DNA of 64,000 nucleotides from an uncultured Chloroflexia bacterium (GCA_963842845.1 CAWJHZ010000007.1:8342-72341); one strand, 5' to 3'; shown: positions 41,313 to 52,283, counted from the stretch's first letter. Notes: generated by a model not told the origin, from the sequence alone. Program-made: numbers and translations.

Positions 41313-41947
41313 TCGCCGAACTGGCCGACCAACTCCTTCAACGCGCTCGGTCCAACGTCCCGAACGACCGAATTGTGACTGCCGACGAGGTGACGCGGTG
41401 GCCCGAAGGAATGCTCGACGCGCTTCTGCGCGACGGTATTGTGAAGGAAATCCAGCCCGCCACATCCGTCGAGTGCGATGCCTGCTATGAAGGGCATGCC
41501 GAGGTCGTGGAGTTCATCGAAGAACCGCCGGGCTCACCATTGCGAGCGTATATCGCGTGTCCCGAGTTCGGTCGAGTGAAGGTGGACCCGCAGAGGATGC
41601 GGCGCTGGGAACTCGTAGCAAACGAACCAGAGACCGCCGTGTTCTTGAGTTCTGACGCGGTCATCGACGACGGTCCGAAGAGCATCTCTCGCTTCCGCCA
41701 TTCACCTGACTTCCGGTCGGTGAACCTCGATGACCACGAGTATTCTTTGACAGGCCGACAAGCCCAAGTCGTCGAGTTCCTCTACCAGATGTACCAGAAC
41801 AAAACACCAGAGGTGAGCCAGAGCCTTGTCCTTGAGCACCTCGAGTCCAAATACACCGAGCTCCGGTACGTCTTCAAGAACAACCCCGCCTGGGGGACAC
41901 TGGTCGTTTCCGGAAAAACGAAGGGGACTGTCCGCCTCAACCTCTAG
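41309..41947 (+). CDS. hypothetical protein (212 aa) with CxxC...H...C putative zinc-binding segment
   Basis: Translationally coupled to the upstream ORF. SVECDACYEGHAEVVEF...YIACPEF suggests a small zinc finger. No family recognised. Confidence 0.45.
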   Translation: MIAELADQLLQRARSNVPNDRIVTADEVTRWPEGMLDALLRDGIVKEIQPATSVECDACYEGHAEVVEFIEEPPGSPLRAYIACPEFGRVKVDPQRMRRWELVANEPETAVFLSSDAVIDDGPKSISRFRHSPDFRSVNLDDHEYSLTGRQAQVVEFLYQMYQNKTPEVSQSLVLEHLESKYTELRYVFKNNPAWGTLVVSGKTKGTVRLNL

Positions 41948-42155
41948 TTCCCGCGAAACTCCCGTCTACGGTGCGGGGTAGTTTGAAACCAACCTCCTAG
42001 ACTGGTCTCGTGGACAAACACGAGAGGCCGCTGCGACTTGCTATTGTCCCGCAGGTAGAGCGTGTATACACACCTGACCGCGAGGCGATGCGGGAAGCCC
42101 TGCGAGTGGTGCTGGGACTCCCCAAGCGACCGTCCTTCGGTCAGGAGGTACCGGC

Positions 42156-43751
42156 GTGACAGAAGAGCAAACCCCTGTGGCGGTCTACATGCGGGTCTCA
42201 AGCGACGACCAGCGGGACCGCGAGACGATCAAGACGCAGCGTGAGGCTATCGACCGCTTCCTCGCGCAGAACCCTCAGTACGTCGTCTACCGCTACTACG
42301 AGGACGACGGCGTCTCCGGCACTGTCCCCATGGCCGTGCGACCCGGCGGCGCTCAAATGGTCGCCGGCGCCAAGGCCGGCAAGTTCTCCAAGATCATCGT
42401 CCTGCGCGCCAGCCGACTTGGCCGAGAGGAGATCGACCTGCTCACAACCTACAACCTGTTCGTGGACGCGCTGGACATCGAGATCATCGGCGTCGCTGAG
42501 CCGCTTGGCGACCGGACGATGTTCGGCTTCCAGTCCATCATGGCCGGCTATGCCCGTCGTCAGTTCCTCGCTGACTCGGCTCGGGGGATGGACAGGGCGG
42601 TGCGCGAAGGTCGCTTCACCGGCGGGATCGTGCCGACTGGCTACAGAGTTGAGGGCCGTAGGCAGACGGCCAGGCTTATCCCCGATGACACGATCGTCTG
42701 GGGCGATTGGACCGCGGTAGACCTGATCCGCCGCATCTATCACTGGCTGGGCGTTGAAGGGAAGAGCTGCCGCTGGATCTCCCGCGAACTAAACTCGCTC
42801 GGCGTCCCCACCGCGTACCAGCGAGACGGTCGCGGCGTGCGCGGCAAGCGTACGCAGGAACTGTGGCGGCCGGGACGGATCCGGCAGTTGGTCGTCAACC
42901 CGGTGTACATGGGAACGCTCCTCTATGGGCGCCGCAGAAGTCGTTACTCGAAGAGGACCGAACTAATCCCCGGCGCCGTGCCGGCGCTGGTGTCCAGCGA
43001 GCTCTGGGAGGCTGCGCAGCGAACCCTGGCCGCCAACCGTATCTGCGCCAAGAACACGCAAAGAGTCTACCTTCTCCGCTCGGTGATGGTCTGCGGAGTC
43101 TGTGGCCTGCACTACGGCGGAACTCCCGGAAGGGACGGTATCTCTTGGTACCGCTGCAACGGCCAGCTCGTCGAGCGGGGCAGGATCGATGGCAAGTGCC
43201 CGGGCAAGTCCATTCGCTCGGACTGGCTAGAACCTATCGTCTGGGATGACATCGAGCGATGGCTGCGCAACCCCGGCGATCTCCTCGACGAGATCAACGT
43301 CGACGAGGAGCAGGAGAACCAGCGGGCGATTATCGAAGCGGAGCAAATCACTCTTCAGAAAGCACTAGGGGGATTAGCTGAGCGACGCAAGAGGGCAATC
43401 GACCTCCACGTCCGAGGACGCATCCAGGAAGCCGAACTGGATGAGATTCTGGAAAACCTACACAAGGAGAGAAGCGCCCTGGAAGAGCGTCTCGCCCGCA
43501 TCGCTCTCCCCGTCGAGGAGGAAATCGAAACGCTGGACCCGGACCTGCTCGCCAAGCTACGGCGACGCCTGAATGCGGGCCTCGACGATGCCACCCGTCA
43601 CGAGGTCGTCAGATTGCTCGTCCGCCAGATTCTGGTAGACACGGTTTTCGTCGAGAATGGACGGAAGATGCTCAGAATCCGGATTGAGTACCGATTCCCT
43701 GCTGTACCACCGTCTAGCAGGGGCACGGGTTCATCGCCGCGACGAGCATGA
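42156..43751 (+). CDS. large serine recombinase (resolvase/invertase N-domain, recombinase domain, zinc ribbon, coiled coil)
   Basis: [12 protein letters not shown] catalytic Ser motif. ...RLGRE... Zinc ribbon [10 protein letters not shown]...YRCNG...C. C-terminal coiled-coil region. 531 aa. Confidence 0.8.
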   Translation: MTEEQTPVAVYMRVSSDDQRDRETIKTQREAIDRFLAQNPQYVVYRYYEDDGVSGTVPMAVRPGGAQMVAGAKAGKFSKIIVLRASRLGREEIDLLTTYNLFVDALDIEIIGVAEPLGDRTMFGFQSIMAGYARRQFLADSARGMDRAVREGRFTGGIVPTGYRVEGRRQTARLIPDDTIVWGDWTAVDLIRRIYHWLGVEGKSCRWISRELNSLGVPTAYQRDGRGVRGKRTQELWRPGRIRQLVVNPVYMGTLLYGRRRSRYSKRTELIPGAVPALVSSELWEAAQRTLAANRICAKNTQRVYLLRSVMVCGVCGLHYGGTPGRDGISWYRCNGQLVERGRIDGKCPGKSIRSDWLEPIVWDDIERWLRNPGDLLDEINVDEEQENQRAIIEAEQITLQKALGGLAERRKRAIDLHVRGRIQEAELDEILENLHKERSALEERLARIALPVEEEIETLDPDLLAKLRRRLNAGLDDATRHEVVRLLVRQILVDTVFVENGRKMLRIRIEYRFPAVPPSSRGTGSSPRRA

Positions 43752-44778
43752 AGTTGCTGGGGAACGTGGTCGTGCCGTGGGCGCGGCTGATGGTCACCAT
43801 GCGGTCCTCCATCGGCTGGCGCAGCACCTCGAGGACGGTCTGTCCGAACTCCGGCAGCTCGTCGAGAAACAGCACGCCGCGATGGCTCAGCGTTATCTCG
43901 CCCGGGCGCACCTGCCGTCCGCCGCCGACAAGCCCCGCGTGTGACACGGTGTGGTGCGGCGAGCGGAAGGGCCGTCGTCGGATCAGCGGCGTGTCAGCCG
44001 GCAGCAGCCCGCCGACGCTGTAGATCTTCGTCACCTCCAGCGCCTCCTCCGGGCTCATCGGCGGCAGTATCGACGGCATCGCGCGGGCAAGCAGCGTCTT
44101 GCCGCTTCCCGGCGGGCCCGTCATCAGCAGGTTGTGGCCGCCCGCCGCGGCGACCTCCAGCGCGCGCTTGACGTGCTCCTGTCCCTTGATGTCGGCGAAG
44201 TCCGCGCCGTCCCAGACCGGCTCCTCGACCGCGACGTCGAGCGGCCCGGCGACGAACGGCGCGATAGGCTCGATGCCGGCCAGATGCGCCGCAAGCTGCG
44301 CCAGCGACTTCACAGGCAGCACCGTCACGCCTTCGATGAGCGCGGCTTCCGCGGCGTCGGCCTCCGGCACGTAGACCGTCTCGAGACCGCGTTCTTTCGC
44401 CAGCGCCACCATCGACAGGATGCCGTGGGCGTGGCGCACCTGCCCGTCCAGCGCCAGCTCGCCGAGAAAGAGCGCGTTCGAGAGGTCGGCGACGACCTGC
44501 TGCGACGCGAGCATGATGCCGACGGCAATCGGCAAATCGTAGGCCGGGCCTTCCTTCCGAACGTCGGCGGGCGCCAGGTTGACGGTGATGCGCCGCGACG
44601 GGAACTGGAGGCCGGAGTTGCGCACCGCCGAGCGCACGCGCTCCTTCGCCTCCTGGACGGCGGTGTCGGGCAGCCCGACGATATAGAAAGCGGACAGTCC
44701 GGAGGCAATGTCGACCTCGACTTCGACGACGGCGCCTTCGAGGCCGACAACGGCGCAGGATAGTACTTTGGCGAGCAT
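43714..44778 (-). pseudogene. comM: yifB/comM-family Mg-chelatase-like AAA+ ATPase, 3'-truncated: the reading frame ends right after the NPCPC motif where the serine-recombinase element begins
   Basis: N-terminal Lon-like domain plus AAA+ core ([21 protein letters not shown], Walker [10 protein letters not shown]). Stops at ...AAMNPCPC*, whereas family members continue for about 150 more residues. The 3' end overlaps the recombinase gene end by about 38 bp. Confidence 0.65.
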
Positions 44779-44861
44779 GCGCCCATTTATCGCACATTCA
44801 TGCTACGTGGGACAAGGGGCTTGGGCACCGGAGGGACCGTGTTTCTCCCGCCGTTCCCCGT

Positions 44862-44885
44862 AGCCGAGGCTTTCCAGCCTCGGCT
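44862..44885. repeat. REP-like hairpin (GCCGAGGCTTTCCAGCCTCGGC) flanking the RAYT; inverted partner at about 45371-45393 (CCGAGGCTGGAAAGCCTCGG)
   Basis: The two palindromes are reverse complements of each other and sit on either side of the RAYT gene (REPtron-like arrangement). Confidence 0.6.
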
Positions 44886-44896
44886 ATAATCCGCGC

Positions 44897-45361
44897 GTGA
44901 GCAAACTCCATCGATTCCCGATTGAGGACGCCTGCTATCACGTCGTCACTAGAACGCGAGGAGGCCTCCCCCGCTTTAGCGACTCGACAGAAGCCCTTGT
45001 GGTGGTCGCCGCACTCCAATTCGTGCGCGGGAGAAGGGCCTACCTCCTCGGCTACGCCGTGCTGCCAGATCATTTCCATGCTCTTCTCGTGCCAATAGGC
45101 GACATGACGATCTCTGCCCTGATGCATGGCATCAAGGGGTACTCGTCTCGCGTCCTCAACGCTCGGCAAGGTCGACGCGGCCCGATCTGGCAACGGAGCT
45201 TCTACGACCGTGTGATAAGAAGCGAGCCTCAGTTGATTAGCACTTTGGAGTACATCCACAACAACCCGGTCATAGCGGGTTTAGCGGAGGTGCCGGAGGA
45301 GTATCGATTCTCTTCGGCGCCCCCAGAGGCAGGGACGGACTTGGAGCTGTTTCTCGGTTGA
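44897..45361 (+). CDS. REP-associated tyrosine transposase (RAYT) / IS200-like Y1 transposase
   Basis: GTG start. HUH motif LPDHFHALLVP and a downstream Tyr region (...RSFYDRVIR). 154 aa. Flanked by inverted hairpins. Confidence 0.7.
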   Translation: MSKLHRFPIEDACYHVVTRTRGGLPRFSDSTEALVVVAALQFVRGRRAYLLGYAVLPDHFHALLVPIGDMTISALMHGIKGYSSRVLNARQGRRGPIWQRSFYDRVIRSEPQLISTLEYIHNNPVIAGLAEVPEEYRFSSAPPEAGTDLELFLG

Positions 45362-45621
45362 TAGAGGGGCACCGAGGCTGGAAAGCCTCGGCTACCTGGC
45401 GTAAACCGTGGGTCTGGAGTATTCGGCTAGCGATGCTTGTGCGGACGCGCGTAAATCCCCTCATTCACCATCAGCGAAAACAGCGCCAGCCCGAACATTG
45501 TCGCCGTCCACTTCATCTCCGCATGAATCGCGCCGCTCCACAACAGCCCCACCAGCACGACAAGCGCAACCAGGAAGATGTTCCTCATTCCGACCTCTTT
45601 CTCGCCTGAACGTCGATTCCG

Positions 45622-46431
45622 CTACGTCGTTCGCTGGTAGCGCCACACGGACAGCGGCGCGAATACCGCGAGTATGCCCGCCATCCAGGCCAGCGTCTTC
45701 AGCACGTCGGGCCACGCCGAGCCGCCCAACAGCAGCGTCCGCACTGCTGATATCGTGACCGACACCGGCTGATGATCCGCGTACACCCGCAACCAGCCCG
45801 GCATGGTCGATGTCGGCACGAACGCCGACGACGCGAACACGAGTATCGCCAGCACCGGGAATGACGCCGCCTGCGCCGACTCCGGATCGCGCGTCAACAG
45901 CCCAACGCCGGCGAATATCCACGAGAACACGTAGCCGAACAGCAGCACGAGGGCCATCGCGACGATGAATGACTGCGCATCGGTGTGCGGCCGCCAGCCG
46001 ACCGCAAACCCCACGATAAGCATCAGCGCCAGCACAACCGCATTTCGGCCCAATTCGGCCATCGTCCGGCCCGCCAGTACCGCCGCGCGCGACATCGGCA
46101 GCGAGCGGAATCGCTCCAGCAGGCCGCTCTGCAGGTCGGTGGCCAGACCGACCGCCGTGCCTATGGCGCCGAACACCGTCGTCTGGACAAAGATGCCCGG
46201 CATCAAGAAGTCGACGTAGTTGCCGGTCGGAACTCGAACGGCGCCGCCGAACACGTAGCGGAACAGCAGCACGAAGATCACTGGCTGAATGCTGGAGAAG
46301 ATGAGCAACTGCGGCACTCGGAAATAGGTGATCAGGTTCCGGCCGGCCACCGCCTCGATGTCGGATAGCGCATTGGCGATGGCCCGCATGCCGCCTGGTT
46401 GCCTGAAAACAACGCGGCCGCTTGCGCTCAT
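45622..46431 (-). CDS. ABC-2 type transporter permease
   Basis: 269 aa with six predicted hydrophobic spans. Its stop overlaps the upstream ATPase gene. Confidence 0.65.
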   Translation of the reverse strand: MSASGRVVFRQPGGMRAIANALSDIEAVAGRNLITYFRVPQLLIFSSIQPVIFVLLFRYVFGGAVRVPTGNYVDFLMPGIFVQTTVFGAIGTAVGLATDLQSGLLERFRSLPMSRAAVLAGRTMAELGRNAVVLALMLIVGFAVGWRPHTDAQSFIVAMALVLLFGYVFSWIFAGVGLLTRDPESAQAASFPVLAILVFASSAFVPTSTMPGWLRVYADHQPVSVTISAVRTLLLGGSAWPDVLKTLAWMAGILAVFAPLSVWRYQRTT

Positions 46432-47405
46432 GTCATCCTCGCTCCTCTTGGCCGTCCTTCGAGTCGGGTTGCTCGTCGACGTGCTCGCCGGTCAGCGCCA
46501 GGAACGCGTCGTCGAGGCTCGGCTCGCGTACCGTCAGGTTGGCGAGCTTCGAGCCCGGCGTCTTCCAGCGAGCAGAGCTTCTCGACCAGAGAGCGAGCGC
46601 CATCGCTGGTCCTGAAGCGGACCGATTTGCCCTCGCTTTCGGCGTTGACGTGCGCGAGCATCTCCCGCGCCTGCGCTACCTGACTCTCGTCGGCGAGTTC
46701 CACCTCGACCACCGTGCTGCCGAGCCGCGCCTTGAGCTCTTCCGACGTCCCTTCCGCGATAATCCTACCGTGGTCCACCACCACCAGACACTGTGCCAGG
46801 CGGTCGGCCTCCTCCAGATACTGCGTCGTCAGGAGCACAGTCGTCCCGTCGGCGACGAGCTGGCGAATGACGGCCCACATCTGCAGGCGCCCCTGCGGGT
46901 CCAGCCCCGTCGTCGGCTCGTCCAGAAAGACGACCTCCGGCCGGTGTACCAGCGCCGCCGCCAGGTCGAGGCGACGCCGCATGCCGCCGGAATAGGTACG
47001 CACCAGCCGGTCCGCGGCGTCCGCCAGCCCAAATGCCGTCAGGAGCTCGTTCGCGCGGGCCGCAATGTCCTTCCGGGGAATATGCGTCAGCCGGCCGATA
47101 AGGCGCAGGTTCTCGCGACCCGTCAGGTTGCCGTCCACCGCCGCGTACTGCCCCGCCAGGCCGATAAGGGAGCGCACGGTTCCTGCCTCGCGAACGACGT
47201 CGTGGCCGAGAACGCTCGCTTGGCCGCCGTCTGGCCGAAGGATCGTGGTGAGGATGCGGACAGCGGTCGTCTTGCCGGCGCCGTTGGGGCCGAGCAGCCC
47301 AAACACGGTGCCGCGCGTCACTTCGAGGTCGATGTTGTCGAGAGCGACGACGTCGCCGTACCGCTTGCTCAGCCCTTCGATGGTGATGGCTGCCTGATCC
47401 CTCAT
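46428..47405 (-). CDS. ABC transporter ATP-binding protein (DrrA-like)
   Basis: Walker A GLLGPNGAGKTT, signature YSGGMRRRL, Walker B VVFLDEPTTGLD. Confidence 0.8.
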   Translation of the reverse strand: MRDQAAITIEGLSKRYGDVVALDNIDLEVTRGTVFGLLGPNGAGKTTAVRILTTILRPDGGQASVLGHDVVREAGTVRSLIGLAGQYAAVDGNLTGRENLRLIGRLTHIPRKDIAARANELLTAFGLADAADRLVRTYSGGMRRRLDLAAALVHRPEVVFLDEPTTGLDPQGRLQMWAVIRQLVADGTTVLLTTQYLEEADRLAQCLVVVDHGRIIAEGTSEELKARLGSTVVEVELADESQVAQAREMLAHVNAESEGKSVRFRTSDGARSLVEKLCSLEDAGLEARQPDGTRAEPRRRVPGADRRARRRATRLEGRPRGARMT

Positions 47406-47491
47406 AACACCAAACTACCATCTTCGCGGGAGCTTCTCAAGTGCCGCCGCACCGCATGCGAGTGGATAGGGCTGCTGTGAGCCTGATACTG

Positions 47492-49693
47492 CTAGGGCTT
47501 GGTTGCGCCGTCGTGGCTCTTTGCCAGGCCGCCCTCGAAGTGCCGGTCCACGGAAAAGACGCCGCGCGCTACCTCCAGCTTGCTCATCAGCCGCGTGATC
47601 TGGTCCACGCCGGCGGTCAACAGCGTAAGGAAAACGCTGACAGTGTGGTCGTTGTGCTCCTGAGTGCGCACCGCCGCCATGTTCACCTTTTCCTCGGCGA
47701 CGATGCTGCCGATGTCCCGCAGCAGCCCGACGCGGTCCCATGCTTCGATGCGCACCGCAACCGGATAGAGCTGCCCACCGCGCCCCCATTCCACCTCGAC
47801 GAGGCGCTCCTTCTCGTCCTCGCGCAGCACGTTGCCGCAGTCGCTCCGGTGCACCGTCACGCCGCGGCTCCGCGTCACGTAGCCGACGATAAGGTCGCCG
47901 GGGACCGGGTTGCAACAGCGCGCAAGCTGCGTCAGCAGGTCGCCCGTGCCCAGCACCTCGACGTTCGCGGTATATACCGGCTTCAGCGGCGCCTCTACGA
48001 GCGCCTCCGCCTCTCCTGCTCGCTGCACCAGTGGCGCCAGCTTGGAAGCTATCTGCTGCAGGCTGATGCCGCCGTAGCCCAGCGCCGCCAGTAGCTCATC
48101 CATCTCGTCGATCTTCAAGGACCGCAGCAGCAGCTCTTGCGTCTCCGTCAGGGTCAGCCCCAGCCGCCGCAGCTCCTTATGCAGCAGGTCGCGACCGCGC
48201 TCCACGTTCGCCGCCCGTTCCTGCAGCTTGAACCAGCCGCGGATCTTCTCCCGCGCATGACTCGTCATCGCGTAGCCGAGGTCGGGGTTCAGCCAGTCGC
48301 GGGAAGGCCCACGCGGTGCCTTGCTCGTCAGGATCTCGACTATGTCGCCGTTCTGAAGCTGGTAGTTCAGCGGGACCAGCCGTCCGTTGACCCGCGCGCC
48401 GATGCAGCGGTGGCCGATATCCGTGTGGATGCGGTAAGCGAAGTCGATCGGCGTCGAGCTTACAGGCAGGTCCTTCACCTCGCCCTTCGGCGTGTACACG
48501 AAGACCTGGTCCTGGAAGAGATCGGTCTTGACCAGTTCCACGAAGTCGTCGGCTGCGGCCATGTCGCGCTGCCACTCCAGCAGTTGCCGAAGCCACGAAA
48601 CGCGCTCCTCGAAGCGATGGTCGCGCTTGCCGCCCTCTTTGTAGCGCCAGTGCGCCGCGACGCCGTACTCCGCCAGCCGGTGCATGTCATGCGTGCGTAT
48701 CTGCACCTCCAGCGCCCGTGCGTTGAGACACAGCACAGTCGTGTGCAGCGACCGGTAGACGCCTTCCTTGGGATTGGCGATGTAGTCGTCGAACTGGCCG
48801 GGAATCGGTCGCCAGAGGTTGTGAACGACGCCCAGCGTTCGATAGCAGTCCGCTTCGGTCTCGACCAGCACGCGCAGGGCCAGCAGGTCATATATCTCGT
48901 GGAACGTCTTTCCCTGCGTAGCGTACTTCGCCATCTTCTGGCTGATGCTGTACAGGTGCTTGGCGCGCCCCTGCACCTCGGCGTGAATGCCGTTCTTTTC
49001 CAGCTCCTTGCGCAGGATGGTCTCGACTTGCGATATGTACTTCTCCCGCGCCGCCCGGCTCGATGCCAGCAGGTTCGCGATCTGACGGTATCGCTCCTCA
49101 TCGAGGTAACGGAACGACAGGTCCTCCAACTCGCGGCTGATCTGCCAGATGCCGAGCCGGCTGGCGAGCGGCGCGTAGATCTCCATCGTCTCTTGCGCCA
49201 CCAGCCGCTGCTTCTCCGGCGACAGCGCGTACAGCGTGCGCATGTTGTGCAGCCGGTCCGCCAGCTTGATGATGACGACCCGTACGTCGCGCGCCATAGC
49301 CAGGAACATCTTGCGAAGGTTCTCGGCCTGGGCGGCCCTGTCGCCGACGGCCCCCTCCGGCGCTTTCCAGGCGATCTTCTCCAGCTTCGTCGCGCCGTCG
49401 ACGAGATGGGCCACCTCGCGCCCGAAGCGCTTCGCCACCTCGGCGTTGGAGACGCCGCAGTCCTCCTGCACATCGTGGATAAGCGCCGCCGCGACCGCCG
49501 ATGCGTCGAGCTGCAGCTCAGCGACGGTGGCAGCGGTGTCAAGCGGATGCGTTATGTAGGGGTCGCCGGTCTTTCGCAGTTGGCCGCGGTGACATTCCTC
49601 CGCGAAGCGGTACGCCTCCTCCACGAGCTGCGGCCTGTCGCCCGGCAGGTACGACTCCGTCTTTTCGAGCAGCTCATCGATTGTCGCGACCAT
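47492..49693 (-). CDS. rel: bifunctional (p)ppGpp synthetase/hydrolase RelA/SpoT family
   Basis: HD hydrolase region near the N-terminus, RelA/SpoT synthetase block (...YRSLHTTVL...), TGS and C-terminal ACT-like region. About 733 aa from MVATIDELL. Confidence 0.85.
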   Translation of the reverse strand: MVATIDELLEKTESYLPGDRPQLVEEAYRFAEECHRGQLRKTGDPYITHPLDTAATVAELQLDASAVAAALIHDVQEDCGVSNAEVAKRFGREVAHLVDGATKLEKIAWKAPEGAVGDRAAQAENLRKMFLAMARDVRVVIIKLADRLHNMRTLYALSPEKQRLVAQETMEIYAPLASRLGIWQISRELEDLSFRYLDEERYRQIANLLASSRAAREKYISQVETILRKELEKNGIHAEVQGRAKHLYSISQKMAKYATQGKTFHEIYDLLALRVLVETEADCYRTLGVVHNLWRPIPGQFDDYIANPKEGVYRSLHTTVLCLNARALEVQIRTHDMHRLAEYGVAAHWRYKEGGKRDHRFEERVSWLRQLLEWQRDMAAADDFVELVKTDLFQDQVFVYTPKGEVKDLPVSSTPIDFAYRIHTDIGHRCIGARVNGRLVPLNYQLQNGDIVEILTSKAPRGPSRDWLNPDLGYAMTSHAREKIRGWFKLQERAANVERGRDLLHKELRRLGLTLTETQELLLRSLKIDEMDELLAALGYGGISLQQIASKLAPLVQRAGEAEALVEAPLKPVYTANVEVLGTGDLLTQLARCCNPVPGDLIVGYVTRSRGVTVHRSDCGNVLREDEKERLVEVEWGRGGQLYPVAVRIEAWDRVGLLRDIGSIVAEEKVNMAAVRTQEHNDHTVSVFLTLLTAGVDQITRLMSKLEVARGVFSVDRHFEGGLAKSHDGATKP

Positions 49694-49864
49694 CGGAATC
49701 TCCCACAATCCACTGTAGCATACCGGCGCAAGCGCTTCTAATCGAGCGCCGCCTTTACAACGTCGCTGCCCCTTCGCTATGCTTGGCCTGACCTTTCGAC
49801 CCTACGGGCCGTCTGGCTTGCCCGCCGGTTCCTAGCGAAGTACGTCGAAAGACAGGAGCAGCCC

Positions 49865-51133
49865 TTGATCTCCGCGCCACGCGGCACCGCCGACGTCCTT
49901 CCCGCCGACCAGCCTTACTGGCGCAAGGCCTTCGACGCGTCAGAGCGCCTCTGCCGCCTCTTCGGCTACGCACGCATCGACACGCCGGTTTTCGAGGAGG
50001 CCGCCCTCTTCGAACGCGGCGCCGGCGAGGGCTCCGACGTCGTGCGCAAAGAGATGTACGTCTTCGAAGATCGCAGCGGCGACCGCCTCGCCCTCAAGCC
50101 GGAGGGCACCGCCAGCGTCTGTCGCGCCTACCTCCAGCACGGCATGAAGAACCTGCCCCAGCCCGTCCGCCTGTACTGCCTGTCGCCGGCCTTCCGCTAC
50201 GAGCGCCCTCAGGCCGGGCGACGCCGCCAGCACACCCAGTTCGACATCGAGGCCATCGGCGATGCTGACCCGGCTATCGACGCCGAGGTCATCGAGCTGC
50301 TCTGGCGCCTCTTCGCCGACCTCGGCCTGACCGACCTCGTGCTCATGCTAAACAGCATCGGCGACCGCAACTGCCGCCCGCGCTATCTCGAGGCGCTGAA
50401 AGCGTACTACCAGCCGCACTTGACCTCCGTCTGCCGCGACTGCCGCGAGCGCTACGAGCGCAATCCCCTGCGACTGCTCGACTGCAAGCAGGAGAGCTGC
50501 CAGCCGGTCATCGCCGGCGCGCCGTCAATCGTCGACTACCTCTGCGACGACTGCGCGCAGCACTTCGCCGACGTCCGCCGCTTCCTCGATGCCCTCGCCG
50601 TCCCGTACGAGCTAACGCCCCACCTCGTGCGCGGCCTCGACTACTACACCCGCACCGTCTTCGAAATCCAGCCGCGCCGCGGCGGCGCGCAGAGCACCAT
50701 CGGCGCGGGTGGCCGCTACGACGGCCTCATCGAAGAGTTAGGTGGCCCGCCGACCCCCGCCATGGGCTTCGCAACGGGAATTGAGCGCATCATCCTGAAT
50801 ATGAAGCAGAGCAACGCGCCTGCTCCACCGCCGGACACACCCGACGCCTACGTCGCGCACCAGGGAGCCGCCGCACGAATCGAAGCGCTGAAGCTGGCGA
50901 GCCTGTTGCGTCGCGACGGCATCCCGAGCGTGACGGCGACCGGCGAGCGCAGCCTGAAGTCGCAGATGCGACAGGCGAACGCCCTCGGCGCGAAGTGGGT
51001 GCTCATCCTGGGCGAGCGCGAGCTTACGGCCGGTACCGTCGTCCTGCGCAACATGGCCGACGCCGGCCAGCGCGAGTTGCCGCAATCCGACGCCATCGAC
51101 TTCCTCAAGAAGGCATCGAGCCGGCCCCAGTGA
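49865..51133 (+). CDS. hisS: histidine--tRNA ligase
   Basis: Class II aaRS motifs and a HisRS-typical N-terminus (...RGTADVLPADQPYWRKAF...KEMYVFEDRSGDRLALKPEGTASVCRAY...). 422 aa. Confidence 0.85.
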   Translation: MISAPRGTADVLPADQPYWRKAFDASERLCRLFGYARIDTPVFEEAALFERGAGEGSDVVRKEMYVFEDRSGDRLALKPEGTASVCRAYLQHGMKNLPQPVRLYCLSPAFRYERPQAGRRRQHTQFDIEAIGDADPAIDAEVIELLWRLFADLGLTDLVLMLNSIGDRNCRPRYLEALKAYYQPHLTSVCRDCRERYERNPLRLLDCKQESCQPVIAGAPSIVDYLCDDCAQHFADVRRFLDALAVPYELTPHLVRGLDYYTRTVFEIQPRRGGAQSTIGAGGRYDGLIEELGGPPTPAMGFATGIERIILNMKQSNAPAPPPDTPDAYVAHQGAAARIEALKLASLLRRDGIPSVTATGERSLKSQMRQANALGAKWVLILGERELTAGTVVLRNMADAGQRELPQSDAIDFLKKASSRPQ

Positions 51134-51206
51134 CCGCGTATTCGACGCGTGGTATCATTGACTCGGCCCGGAAGCCCCGACGCGTTCGGGGTTTCTCTGC
51201 GAATGG

Positions 51207-52283
51207 ATGACTATGCTTAACCGATTGCAATCCCTCGTCGACCGCTACGAAGAGCTCTCCGCCGAAATGGCGCGCCCTGACCTCACCGCCGACTACGAGA
51301 GGCTGCAGGCGCTCGCCAAAGAGCGCGCGTCGCTGGAGGAGATCGTCTCCCTCTACCGTCACTACCGCGAGACGCAGCAGGGCATCGCCGAAGCCCGCGC
51401 CCTCCTCGACGAGACGCACGACGCCGATATGGAAGCCCTGGCCCGCGAGGAGCTGGACCGCCTGACGCAGCGACAGCAGTCTCTCGACATCGACATTCGC
51501 CGCGCCCTCCTTCCGCCTGATCCGCGCGACGAGAAGAGCGTCATCGTCGAAATCCGCGCCGGCACCGGCGGCGACGAGGCCGCCCTCTTCGCGGCCGACC
51601 TTTTCCGCATGTACACGCGCTACGCGGAGACGCGCGGCTGGCAGGCCGAAGTTATGTCGCACAGCGAGAGCGGCATGGGCGGCATGAAGGAGATCGTCTT
51701 CGAAGTCAAAGGCAAAGGCGCCTACTCGCGACTGAAGTACGAGAGCGGCGTCCACCGCGTCCAGCGCGTGCCGCTCACCGAGGCGCAGGGCCGCATCCAC
51801 ACCTCGACCGCGACGGTCGCGGTGCTGCCGGAAGCGGAGGAGGTCGACGTCGCAATCAACGAAGAAGACCTCCGCATCGACATCTTCCACAGCAGCGGCC
51901 ACGGCGGACAGAACGTCCAGAAGGTCGCCACCGCCGTCCGCATCACGCACGTCCCCACCGGCCTCGTCGTCGTCTGCCAGGACGAGCGCTCGCAGTGGAA
52001 GAACCGCGTTCGCGCCATGGCCGTCCTCCGCGCCCGCCTCTTCGACCACGAGCAGCAGCGCCAGGCGGCGGAGGTCTCCGAGACACGGCGCTCTCAGGTC
52101 GGCAGCGGCGAGCGCGCGGAGAAGATACGCACCTACAACTTCCCCCAGGACCGCGTCACCGACCACCGCATCGGCCTGACGCTGCACAACCTGCCCGGCA
52201 TCCTCAGCGGCGACCTCGACGCCCTGATCGACGCCGTCTCCTCCAGCGAGCAGGCGCGCCTGCTGGAAGAGCAGCTCGTGTGA
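51207..52283 (+). CDS. prfA: peptide chain release factor 1
   Basis: GGQ motif ([11 protein letters not shown]), PxT-type tripeptide region ([14 protein letters not shown]). Followed by prmC in the conserved operon order. Confidence 0.85.
   Translation: MTMLNRLQSLVDRYEELSAEMARPDLTADYERLQALAKERASLEEIVSLYRHYRETQQGIAEARALLDETHDADMEALAREELDRLTQRQQSLDIDIRRALLPPDPRDEKSVIVEIRAGTGGDEAALFAADLFRMYTRYAETRGWQAEVMSHSESGMGGMKEIVFEVKGKGAYSRLKYESGVHRVQRVPLTEAQGRIHTSTATVAVLPEAEEVDVAINEEDLRIDIFHSSGHGGQNVQKVATAVRITHVPTGLVVVCQDERSQWKNRVRAMAVLRARLFDHEQQRQAAEVSETRRSQVGSGERAEKIRTYNFPQDRVTDHRIGLTLHNLPGILSGDLDALIDAVSSSEQARLLEEQLV

Noticed and set aside
43951-44797. Several 150-270-aa ORFs in both strands across comM
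   Set aside because: Arg/Ala-rich alternate frames of the comM coding region. comM itself has clear AAA+ motifs.
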